Shown: positions 34,407 to 50,212 of the stretch, piece after piece
Position numbering within the stretch: the stretch's first letter is position 1
Layout of the letters: every line of letters begins with the position of its first letter
NCBI GenBank assembly: GCA_002104905.1
Contig: MCFE01000287.1
Location: 39,015-103,014 of the forward strand
DNA: 64,000 nucleotides
Direction: 5' to 3'
Source: Basidiobolus meristosporus CBS 931.73
Lineage: Eukaryota; Fungi; Basidiobolomycota
Position numbers and translations under genes: made by a program
Notes under the pieces: generated by a model
Told to the model about the DNA's origin: nothing
The model's database searches: none
Seen by the model: the letters and a program-made list of their open reading frames with translations, nothing else

Positions 34407-36647
34407 CTAAGCATCGGCCATATCTTCGTCAGATAAACTAGCGTACTCCTCATCAGATTCCCCTTCAATGTACACGTTTGTTGGCTCGCTATTGAATTCT
34501 TCAACAACGTCATCGGTGGTGCGCATAGAGAGCTGAGTTGTGACCAGATCCAAACGACTAGATAAGGCAAGCAGCTTTTGGAAGCTACCAAGGCGATTAT
34601 CGGCGGTTTGATAGAAAGCACCAATATGCTTGACCAGTTCAGGAACCTATACAAGCCGAAATGGTTAGGGCGCGTTTAGGCGCAAATGGTTGCAAGATAC
34701 TTACTGTCATCAGGTAGGCTGTATGAATGGTGAGAACAGCCTTGATCCATCTGAGAAGCGCAATACCACGATTGGGCTTGGCTTGGAATCTTGGGATGAC
34801 TTGTGCAAGGAATGGGATAACATAGGTGGGTGGAAGACGTTTGACGGTATTATTGATGATCTCGGTATTAGTATTATTTAAGCAACCTTCTAAAAGTTGT
34901 ACATCATTGCTGTGCAAAGCCTGGACAAGAATATGTACAAGAGAGTTGGCCTTAGGAGTGATGGCTTTGTTGGTGGGAACTTCCCCAGCAGCGCCATCTG
35001 CTGTTTCGGTAACAGCAAGGTCCTTAAGCTTTTCTTCAATAGTAGGTTCTTGCTCCTGTTGGATAGCAAATAGGAATGAATAAATTACGTCTTCAACCTG
35101 CAACGATAGACACACTAGAAACCTCAGTACGCTTTTTGATTGATGGATCGGGGAGAGCCATATCGGTGGCACCAAGTACTACGACGTTGTCATCACCATA
35201 CGTTTTCTGTGTTGCTTGCTATAGGTGGTGAGGTATTAGCGGTGAAAACCAGCGGGTGGGGTGGAGTAAACGCTTACCAAGTTATTAGAGGCAATGTTCT
35301 TTTGATCCAACAAGAGATCACTGGTTGGGTCGCGTCTAATCTCGACATTGGTGAGCAAGCTACCATTCTCTTCGTCACGGAAAGCCTGCGCATGGTGTTA
35401 GTATTCAGGTGCGGTGATATGTATGATTTCCGGACACTTACGACTCTCTCGAAAGAAGGCTTGAGAGTTGACCCACGAGCAACAAGAACTTCAACTCCAT
35501 CTCCCTTGGAAACAAACTTGGCAACGAGGATAGGAACAACAGCCGACTCTTCAGCAGTGGAAAGAATTTTGATGATCGAATCAGAGGGACGAGTGGTGTA
35601 TCTCTTCTTCTTCTTGGATGGCTTGGAGCTCATGGATGAAGAGCTGATAAGATTTTCCCACAGACTAACTACACCTTCCTCGGATAGAGCCAAGACGTTG
35701 TTGCTCTTGGAGATTTCGACCTGGGTGATATCGGCATCCAATGTAAGGGAAGCCAAGTCAATTCTGTCCCCTTCCAAACGACAATCCCACAAATTCACGA
35801 AGCGATCATGCTCGGCGCACGAAATACATATCTCATCGTTGGGGGAAAACACCAAGTTGGTGATTACGCTGGCGTGTCCAGTGAATTTCTTGATCACTTG
35901 TTGTGACTCCAAATCCCAAAGCTCGATACTATGAGCGGCAACAGCCAGGACAGATTCGTTGTGGCTGAGGCTGATGGTGTGAACATCCTTGATATCGCTC
36001 TTCCATTTTCTAGTGGTTCGCTTGGATTAGACTGGTGCGAATTTTCTTTGACTCATCAAATAGACAGTACCTGGCTACGGAGCTAGTTTTCAAATCCCAC
36101 TCGACGAGATAGCCATCTGGGGCGCAAGAGTAACCTTTACTTCCGTCTTGGCTGAAAATAAAGTCGCGAACAGGAAGAGTATGACCTCCACTCAAGGTCT
36201 TTTGGATGGTGCCAAGTGCGACGGAGTAGACGATGACGGAGCCATTCTCGAGGCCGAGGGCAACTACCTTGGAGGTAGCGGCGGGTTGAACTTTGGAGGC
36301 CCTTCTCTTTTTTCTTCCAGTAGTGTCCTGGAACGCAGAGGATTTAATACCATTCGAAAGAGAACAACACTCGCATACAAACAACTTACACCAGACTCGC
36401 TCAACATGCCTTCAATCTGAGTGATACCCCATGACATACAGGTAAACTTACGCTCAGAGTCCGAGGAGAACTCGGACTTCAAGGAGCCGGTGTGTGTATC
36501 GAATATTCTAAGGCGGTGACGATCAACAGCTTGGGTCACAATGGCGAATAAGTCGGCCTCCGAATCGAACTTGGCTACGATAGCCTCAGCCACCTGTGTG
36601 TTTAGCGAGTTGTGGAATTGCTTGGCGAGTGTCTTTTTTTTAACCAT
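34407..36647 (-). CDS. UTP5: U3 snoRNP/SSU processome protein Utp5/WDR43 (WD40 + Utp12 domain), multi-exon
   Basis: WD repeats (FTGHASVITNL, RFVNLWD); QALHSNDVQLLEGCL..NTVKRL..LLRWIKAVLTIHTAYLMT; spliced last exon ends in an acidic tail with TAG at 34407-34409. Confidence 0.88.
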
Positions 36648-37030
36648 CGTGTATGTAGTCTATGTAAAAATATCTATGTCAGGTTCTGTGGAGCACAGCA
36701 GAGTACCTTCGAACTTACAGGGCGGCTAAGAAAACAAACCAGAAAAAAATCTGAATTCCCACAAAAGGGAAAAAAAATAAAAAAAACTTCGAATTGCTGC
36801 AAATTCTTGTCTTGGTAATTTTTCTTTCCGAGCACGTGATGGGACTTCAATTCAAGTGTATTCCCTGTCACCTTCGTTGAGATACCGATCCAGAAGTCAT
36901 GTAAACTTATTCGAGATTGTTGGCGGATTTAATCAATGTGGAATAATACGTCATGTTAATAAGGTTGGTTTGTATAACACCTGCCGAGTATATTCCGCTG
37001 TGTTCTCACCGCTTTGTTGCACTTTCAACA

Positions 37031-37912
37031 ATGAGTTACCCCGAAATTGAAGCTGCTCTGCGCGAGCATTTGCATTGTAGTCGAGTGGAAAAAGTCCGAC
37101 CCGTAGGCGGGGGGTGCATCAATGACAATTACAAGTACATCACCGATAAAGGGCCCTTCTTCGTTAAGGTAAATGAGGACAAGGATGCACTCCACATGTT
37201 TCAGGCCGAAGCCAAAGGCTTGCAAGCCCTTGCCAAAGCCCAGGCCTTCCGGGTTCCCGAGGTATATCATTTAGGAGAATTGGCAAACGGCGGCTTCCTG
37301 ATAATGGAATACATTCAATTCAAAGATGGTCCTGTGGCGGAAAAGGACTACAAAGCGCTAGGGAAACAGCTGGCAAGGCTTCATTCTTTCAAGGACCCTG
37401 AGGTCGATCGATTTGGGTTTGCCTGCGACAACACCATTGGGAGTACGCCGCAAATCAACACTTGGAAAGAATCATGGATTGATTTTTTTACGGCCCGATT
37501 GGAATATCAGCTGTCACTTGCACGAGACAGATTCAGTGACTTGTATAATCAAGCACGTCCAGTTGTTGAGAATCTTCCGAGATTCTTCGAAGGCATCAAC
37601 CCGATTAAGCCAAGCTTATTGCATGGAGATTTGTGGCTTGGCAACTGTAGTATGGATCAGCAAGGGGGGTGGGTGCTATATGATCCAGCCACTTATTGGG
37701 GGCATTCGGAAGCAGAGTTATCAATCATGACACTTTTCTCAGGGCTGCCAAATGAATTCTGGGAAGAGTACTTTCAGCATATCCCGAGAGAGCCAGGCTT
37801 CGACCAACGGCACGAGCTGTACTCTCTGTATCATGCCCTCAACCACCTCAATATATTCGGGTCAGGCTATGCATCAATGTGTTCTCGCATCCTCAAGAAG
37901 CTTCGTCAGTGA
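37031..37912 (+). CDS. FN3K: Fructosamine/ketosamine-3-kinase, intronless
   Basis: VGGGCIN P-loop, FFVK, MFQAEAKGL, LLHGDLWLGN, YDPATYWGHSEAE, LYHALNHLNIFG. Confidence 0.92.
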   Translation: MSYPEIEAALREHLHCSRVEKVRPVGGGCINDNYKYITDKGPFFVKVNEDKDALHMFQAEAKGLQALAKAQAFRVPEVYHLGELANGGFLIMEYIQFKDGPVAEKDYKALGKQLARLHSFKDPEVDRFGFACDNTIGSTPQINTWKESWIDFFTARLEYQLSLARDRFSDLYNQARPVVENLPRFFEGINPIKPSLLHGDLWLGNCSMDQQGGWVLYDPATYWGHSEAELSIMTLFSGLPNEFWEEYFQHIPREPGFDQRHELYSLYHALNHLNIFGSGYASMCSRILKKLRQ

Positions 37913-38425
37913 TAGTTTGTAATACAAACCCAGCTTCGAAAAGGGTTCGTCGATGTCAACCGTTGAGCTATCACCCATACAAGTAGCTATCGCCCATACT
38001 AGGTAGATGAGATGAGATTACAAATTCCATGATCCGGTGTCAAGCCACGTCAAATGGAGTGCAATCCTACCACATCCCTGCCACTACTCTCCTACCACAT
38101 CCAAATCCATAGCACGACTGATGGCATTTTACTGATTATCAGTGCGATTACGATCATCTTGAACACTGAGTTCCACCCCGGACTGGCTGCTAAATAAATA
38201 TATCCATTTGTACTTGGTCACTCCTTACTATTTACCTTATACTAAGGTGGTTCTTTGCCCCAATCATGCTATTTGTACTCCTCGATTGGTATGCCATGAC
38301 ATCCCTGTGACCTTTTCCTTCGCAATATATATACTGGCTCCGTCATGCACTTGACTGAATTTCAACAACGGTCTTTCAAAGTATTATCTGACAAGTGAAT
38401 CTTCGTAAATTTTCGTAAATTTAAA

Positions 38426-39518
38426 ATGCCCATTCGTATGGAAATCATCCCCTCTGAGGACCAGATCACACTACATGGCCCTCCGACCGAGTCGGGTGGC
38501 GTTGTGCTGGAGGGAAAAGTGGCCATCTATATACTTGAGGAAACCAAGGTTAAATCTCTCTCTCTGAAGCTAACCGGGAAAGCGAAAGCGTCCTGGAAAT
38601 GCAGTAAGTGTTTTCCCACGAGTGTCCCGTCCTGAGCTGCTAACTAAGGCTTCCAACCTAGCTTATAATGGCAAAACCCACGTACGTCACGCGAAACGGG
38701 AGATCATCAAAATAGTAAAGCCACTCCTTCCTCTCCGGAGTGAACCGCACATCCTTTCTCCTGGCAAGCACGAGTTTGTTTTCGAGTTCCCCATCGAGGG
38801 TTCGTTGCCCGAGACCGTCCATGTCAAAAATGGATGCATACAGTACACGTTGAAAGCTATAGCTGATAGACCTTTTCCTAAAAGAAAGTCCACCCATCGT
38901 CGGGAAATTCAAATAGTGCGAACCTCCTTTCCCGGCTCCGTTTCCCACCTACAACCAATCAATGTTCACGACGTTTGGAACGATAATATTCCATACGAAA
39001 TTTCGCTACCGGTGAAATCGTTTGGCCTGGGAGACATCATTCCGGTCACCATCAAATTGTTCCCCGAGGTCAAAGATGTCGCCTTTAAAAGCATTAGCTG
39101 CCACTTGAAGGAGTGCGTGACGTACTGTAAACCGGAGAGTGGCAGGTTCAAAATCGAACGCCAGTGGCTTCATTTTTCCACCGATTGTGAAAGCCTGAGT
39201 GGGATTTTCGAGAAAACGCTGCACCTCCCAATTCCCTCGGAATCAGACAGCGTTCACTTTGACTGCTGCACGGAACTGATCAAGATTGAACACAAGCTGA
39301 AGATGCGCGTGGAGATCGAGTCCTTTGAAGATGGTGAAAAGGCATTCTATGTCGAGTTTCCTATTATCATTATGCCCGAGTCTAATAACGACCCTGATCG
39401 AAGCCTCCCTGTTTACACTGCCGAATGGCTTCCGAACCCACATGGTAGACGTATGTCACTTCCACCATCATACGACTGTGCAGGTTCAAATCAAACTGCC
39501 ATCATGACCTCTCCATAA
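38426..39518 (+). CDS. Alpha-arrestin (ART-like) 1, 2 exons
   Basis: VLEGKV..LSLKLTGKAKASW, PGKHEFVFEFPIEGSLPETV, CIQYTLKA, C-terminal LPVY and LPPSY motifs; intron about 38605-38661. Confidence 0.88.
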
Positions 39519-39665
39519 CACCGTCCCATTTTTGTATTTTGCATACATAGTCATTGTAACCACTATCTATAGATTGATGTATTAATGTACCAAAGCTATC
39601 CTCCCTAATCAGTCTGACCAACCTTTATTTAGTTATCACAAGGGGTTCAAATAAATATCAAACCT

Positions 39666-43189
<3,524 letters not shown>

Positions 43190-43722
43190 TATGGTTGTGG
43201 TGAGCAAGCCTCACTTTAGAAGCACCGTGGTATTCCCTCTTAGGTGTATAATCTAGTCACAAATTGATCATTCAGTTTTATGCTTAATGTCCTTTCTTGC
43301 ATGGATCATGCCGGATGAGTCTTCTGGAATACCTGACGCTCGAACGGCGAACAATGATAAGATATACTGGGTATATAGATTAGGAATCACAGAAGGATTA
43401 GGATTTTGTTTGACGAGCTGCTGATAGGTCGTTGTGATACCGTTTGGCACCCTCGCAGTGATTTTCGATGGCTGTGAGCCATCAGTACAGGGTGTTTTGA
43501 ATGGAAGAGCGATTGGTATCATCCAAATTTGGTTGTTTTGTCAAATCGAGGCTAATCCAATACCACCGGATGCTTCGAAATACCCAAATGCCATTCGCTA
43601 GCAGCTGGACTAATCACGAAGTGGTGCTCGTGGATATATAACAAACAGCGGTTGCACCCTCCTCTTCAACAATTCCTTTCTCAAAAAAGTAAATTCCCCC
43701 ATCATTACTAGTGTCATACAAT

Positions 43723-44815
43723 ATGGTCAAGATCTCGCGCTTTGAGATTCGGCTCGCCGAGGATTACCTGATATTACACGGAACCCCCCACGACTCCGCT
43801 GGGTCAGTGCTGCGAGGACGCGTTCTTCTCAAGCTTGATCAGCCATGTAAATTTAAAAGTCTCACGGTTCGTCTACGCGGAAAAGCAAAAGCCACCTGGG
43901 CTGAATGTATGTTCACACTTAACCCCCCCCCTCCCCAAACCCTTTCTTGTACTAAACCATGTCTTCTGTTTTATAGCTGATGGTTACCACATCCTAGTGC
44001 AGCACAAGAAAAAGGAGCTAATCGATTTTACCTGGACCCTCTTGGAGCCCGGTCCAGAACCTCACGTCGTACCTCCCGGTGAGCATTCGTATTATTTCGA
44101 TTACCCCTTCTCAGGAGCACTTCCAGAAACCGTGCATACCGAGAACGGCGATATCCAGTATCGCCTGGAAGCCATCGCTGAAAGACCCTTATTCAAGCGG
44201 GATTTGTTTACGGAGATAGAGGCGATTGTCAAGAGATACTCATCACCGTATGCAACGGAGCAGCTAGACCCAGTTACCGTCAGCGGCACATGGGCTGAGA
44301 ATCTAGGTTATGAACTATTTATTCCCATGAGTGCCTACGGGGTTGGCGATATGGTGCCTACTCTACTGAAGGTCTGGTCCACCACAAACCAAGATATCAG
44401 CATCAAGCAGATCAATTTTGTTCTGAAAGAATTCACCACTTACAGCGATCGAGAGAACGGCATCTCGAAAACTGAGACAAAGCTGATCAAACTCATCTCG
44501 AACACCGACATCTCTACGCCAGACGCTGGACCAGTCATTGAGAAGCATGTATTGGTCCCGATCAACGAGAACATAAGCGTCCATCATGATTGCAACACCG
44601 ACCTAATCAACGTCCATCATCTGCTTAGAATTTCCGTGGAGATCTTGCAGGGAGAGAGCAGCACCTCCTACATCATTGAGACCCCCTTTGTCATAATGCC
44701 CGCCTCAAATCACGAAATCTTCGAACATTTGCCACCCTACGCAGCTGATTGCCAACCGGGGAATTCTTTATTCCCACCCCCGCCGTCCTATGCTAACCAC
44801 TCCTCAAATGCTTAG
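43723..44815 (+). CDS. Alpha-arrestin (ART-like) 2, 2 exons
   Basis: SVLRGRV..LTVRLRGKAKATW, PGEHSYYFDYPFSGALPETV, DIQYRLEA, LPPY and PPPSY motifs; intron about 43907-43977 at the same position and phase as in arrestin 1. Confidence 0.88.
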
Positions 44816-45323
44816 CTGCATACCACCACCATATTACCTTATATCACAGTTAATTCCCCCTATTCATCTCTATATGTATCATCCTATGTAAATATTTGGT
44901 ATCCTGTACAGTACTCAATAAACACACGTGATCCGACTGAGCGAACCTTCCACCGCCACGCCAACTCCGAATATGGTGATAGGGACTTTCCCGAAGCCGA
45001 TCGCAGCCATCGATCAGGAAAATTTTTTACAACGTTGAGGAGTCAATGAAGCTTGGTTTGGCTAGGCTTGACTGTCATCAGTGGATCGGTTCCGGAATAC
45101 ACCATGCCATATATGTATCAGTATCGCAATTTCTATAGTATTCCATCTCCACATTCCCGACCAATTCCTACGGTCGACAACGTGATCGCCACCGGGTAAT
45201 TCGGCTGCCCTCCACTCTTGACAATAGATTGGTTCGATCATCGAGCCCAAGAAGGACACTGAAAATTTCACTAGGCGAACCAAGGTTTTTTTTCTCCAAG
45301 TCGATATGGCCAGTTATATCTAT

Positions 45324-46001
45324 TTATACTAGCAAGGTTGGACCGGTTTTTATCAATCCGGCACCGAACCCACCCTTCTTACCTTTTGCCATGTCCCCAG
45401 CCAAATGCCAAAACCCTGCCGATACTACCAGCGACGAGGGTGAAGACAGAGGTAACCTCAGCCCGCTATTCACTTTCATAAGTGCCGAGCATTGAGTATT
45501 TTGTTGCAGGTCAGTTCTGCCTACACTGGTGTACAGATGAGGAGCTGACAGAAGCTGGTGAACCTCAGTGTCAAATGTGGTGTATACGCCGCCTAATAGT
45601 CAGTATACTCCCGGAGATGCCAAACCTCGAAACACCAACTCACCTCTCTCTCCATATTCGAACCGCAACCAAGTAGAAGCAGCAAAGTTGGAACCCTTTT
45701 GAAAACGTCCATCTTTATAAAATAGACGGGGCGGAGAACTGCCGCCAACATATAAGAGGTACTTGACCTTAGAGCGGTGTAGGCCTCGGTGGAGAGTTTC
45801 TAACCTCGACTTCATATCCAGAAATACGAGAAGAGAAGATCCCCGACTGGAATAGGTTGGTGGCATCGAATCTTGTTTTGTGAATGGTGACGCTAACCCC
45901 TCTTCAAGGGCCGAAATGCATATCAATCTCTTGGAGAAATCGAGCGAGATGAAAGTAAATGGTAGGGACATCAGGTTACCATTCTTGTGAGCTTCAACCA
46001 T
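45324..46001 (-). CDS. Candidate unannotated 2-exon orphan gene or pseudogene (about 208 aa)
   Basis: ORF 46001-45644, canonical 51-nt intron (G|GTGAGT...CTGAC TATTAG, 45643-45593), then about 89 further open codons to TAA at 45326-45324. No family recognised. Confidence 0.4.
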
Positions 46002-46313
46002 AGCTAATGGTCTTCTTAGCACTGGAGAGGATCAAGAGATCTTTCAGACCGGGCATCGAGCTTGGGCGACTTTATATCAGAAGTTGGCAAGATGGAACAC
46101 AGACTCGATTTTTCGCTCGATTCTCTCACAGCATTGTTCAGGGGGACGGCCTTCTCTTGGCCAAGCGGGGCTTGTCAAGAATGTTGGAGTTCTGGAGAAG
46201 TGATAGAAATGAATAGACGATTTAGAGATAGTCTTAGCCAATATACCAATGTACATGTTCTTCATTATTAATCGTGGTTTATTTTGATCGCATACCAAAC
46301 TATATAAACTCCC

Positions 46314-47195
46314 TTAATCGCGCTCACTTAGTGGGTGCTGAGTGTCATACTCCTTGACCTGTTGTGCCAATATCTCTGGCTCCGGCTTACTAGCTGTTAA
46401 GTGCACTGGAAATCCAAGTTTATGTAGGTGGTCTCTTGTGGTGGGGCCTATGGCAGCAATACGTGTGTTGGACAGTAAGCCACAATGTTGCATCGCCTCC
46501 AGTGTCATGTCCACGCCCGAAGGACTAAAAAACACCACCCAGTCGATCCTGGGGTGGTTTGAGAGTAAATTATCAAGTTCAAGTGCGATACCGGATGATG
46601 CTTCCGTTCTATACACAGTGAGCTCATGAATGGGTATATTTGCTTCACCTAGGCGGGTAGGAAGCACCTCTCGGCGTTTATCCCCCGACAAAAATAGCAA
46701 CGACTTTTCGGGAATCTTTGCCTTAACCTCCCGATAGTTCGGAATAAAACTCTCAATAATGTATCTGGACAATTCGGTTGCCACACCCGTCTCCTCTCCA
46801 AAACACTCGAAGCCGAGTTTTCGGGCATGCTTGGCGGTTGCTCTACCCACAGTAATAAACGGCAGAGCTAACCATTCCGCTCTCTTGTCCACTGCACCTA
46901 CACCCCAAAATCCAGGTTACTCGGAGAAAGACTAGCAGTGCATCATACTACTGATACCTTTTTTCTCGAAGCACTCGTTGAATGCAAGTCTCAAGGTCTC
47001 AACCGCTCTTTGGCTGGTGGCCAAAATTCCCCAAAAGCGATCTTGCGGCGTCTGCTCCAGCAACTTTGTAAGGCTGTCAAGATTTACCGGGGTGTGAGTA
47101 ATGACGGGAAGAAAAAGCGGGTGGTAGTCATGGGAGAGAAGAGACTTCTCGTACAAATCGAGGGGTGCTTTTTCGCGAAGTAGCAGTATACTCAT
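46314..47195 (-). CDS. HEM4: Uroporphyrinogen-III synthase, 2 exons
   Basis: ILATSQRAVE, FITVGRATA, LLFLSGDKRR, ELTVYRT, WVVFFSPSGV, IAAIGPTT, ASKPEPE. Confidence 0.92.
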
Positions 47196-47395
47196 GCTCA
47201 ACTCGACATGGGGAATAATATTAGGGGGAGTTGTGTTGTCCAGGGTTTTTTAGTAGCAGAATATTCTAGCGAGCATTTACTTAGATCGACTCATTGATCA
47301 TTGGATGAAACTAATAAACATTTATTGACAACTAGTAATGATTCATTGATCTATAGACTCATAGAAACGTATTATGATGTGTACATATATAATGC

Positions 47396-48666
<1,271 letters not shown>

Positions 48667-48937
48667 TTTGGAAGGGTTTAGGGTGGTTAGCGCGTGAGAG
48701 ATGATATGGGTATCACGTCGAGATTAAATAATACAAAGAGCGTGACAATAAAAAAACCAAAAAAAAAAACTAGTCCAAATGGCTTCAGGATTGACACATC
48801 AATTGGTTAGATGGCCCGTGAAAAAAAGTGGAAGAAAAGTTGGAAACGTGATAACCAACGAATCCTCACCAAATCCCCACCTACGGCCACGCTCCAATGC
48901 TTGATTAATTTGCCAATTTGCTTAGTTTTATCCCAAT

Positions 48938-49669
48938 TTATTTTGCTAGCACAGTGTCGATTCCAGTTGGGTCGTTGTGTCTCTCCAGCTGGTTCCATTG
49001 AAATTGATCGAACTCCACGAATCGTCTGATATTTTCTAGGTAGTCATGCTCTTTCCAGAAGTAAATCTTCTGCCGAACCATTGGATCGAGAAACGGTTTA
49101 ACACAGCACCACAGGGTGTTCAAGAAGAGGGATGTTGGGTAGACCAGCACTCTTTCTAGACACTCGGGGAAATGCCTTTGAAGCATTGGCAGGATCTCCC
49201 GGGCCAAGCCCAAGTCGGCGTTCGCTCTAGTTGCCATAGTACGATCGAACAGCAGGGTGAACTTGTTCTTTATTAGATCTGCACGCTCTGCTTTTGCCAT
49301 CATCCAGAGGAAAAACCTAGCCTCTCTACTGCGTTGGATCAGGCCAGGTATGTGTTTACAGCTTCGCCAGACCAGGACGGTTGAGCCATCCAAAGCGGTC
49401 TTGTGGAAAAATAGTTCCCCGGTTTTTAGCACGTCCGAGAAATCCTCGTTGTGGATATTGTCGTATTCGACCTCCTTTCTCCAGTTGAGTGTTTCCATGA
49501 TGTGATTGAGTGTAGCATCGAAATCCCCCTTATTGGCTATCCAAAAACGCTCAACATCGGAGTAGGTGAAGTTGATCTTCTCGGAAAGGGCTTCCTTAAG
49601 TTTTTCGTATGTCGTTAAATCCAGGCGATGCTTTTTATCTTGGCGTCCCTCTCTGTTGAAGTGATTCAT
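48938..49669 (-). CDS. CRAL-TRIO (Sec14-like) lipid-binding protein, 243 aa
   Basis: RFWIANKGDF..TLNWRKE, QRHFPECLERVLV..LWCCVKPFLDPMVRQKI. Confidence 0.85.
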   Translation of the reverse strand: MNHFNREGRQDKKHRLDLTTYEKLKEALSEKINFTYSDVERFWIANKGDFDATLNHIMETLNWRKEVEYDNIHNEDFSDVLKTGELFFHKTALDGSTVLVWRSCKHIPGLIQRSREARFFLWMMAKAERADLIKNKFTLLFDRTMATRANADLGLAREILPMLQRHFPECLERVLVYPTSLFLNTLWCCVKPFLDPMVRQKIYFWKEHDYLENIRRFVEFDQFQWNQLERHNDPTGIDTVLAK

Positions 49670-50212
49670 TCAAACGGCCACTCACGATAAAAACTGTCTC
49701 TCCCAATGAAGTAGATTGTGTCTGCAACAAGTTTCCCAGCTTGACGGGGTATTTAAGGTGTTTTTTGGCTGTGTCAATGTTTACCAGCATAGTATCCACT
49801 CCTAGATCTAGGGGAGTGCATGGGCTTTAATGAGTCGCCAATAGAAGCGTAGTGTATAGACATACGCAACAAACCCGCGGAGCAACCTACCGGCACTCAA
49901 TTAGAGGCCAATTTGATGCGTCGATGTCAGGACTACGCCGGGAAAACCTTTTCACCTCAGGAAGGGGCTGTGTTTAACTCGCTGAAACACCCTATATTAA
50001 TGCGAAACAAGAAGTCGAGAATAGAGTAAATTCAAGTTTATTCGGATATTGTGGGTTTTTATACGAAATGAGCTTCAGTTTCATGATCACGTCGTATTAT
50101 GACAAAGATGAGCATCAGATTCTAGTGACTAAAACTACACATATTTACGCTACGGTCGAGTTTTTGATAGAAATATACATGGTGGGAATGAAGGGTGTGC
50201 GTGGGAACATGC

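Noticed and set aside
38065-38425. Short direct repeats (TCCTACCACATCC x2; TTCGTAAATT x2) upstream of arrestin 1
   Set aside because: Two-copy micro-duplications with no spacer array or wider pattern.
43268-43522. 84-aa ORF upstream of VPS34
   Set aside because: No recognisable features; likely chance ORF or uORF in a bidirectional promoter.
45720-45800. LETLHRGLH..VGG resembling a tyrosinase CuB site
   Set aside because: Spacing to VGG is wrong and the downstream DPxFxLHH motif is absent.
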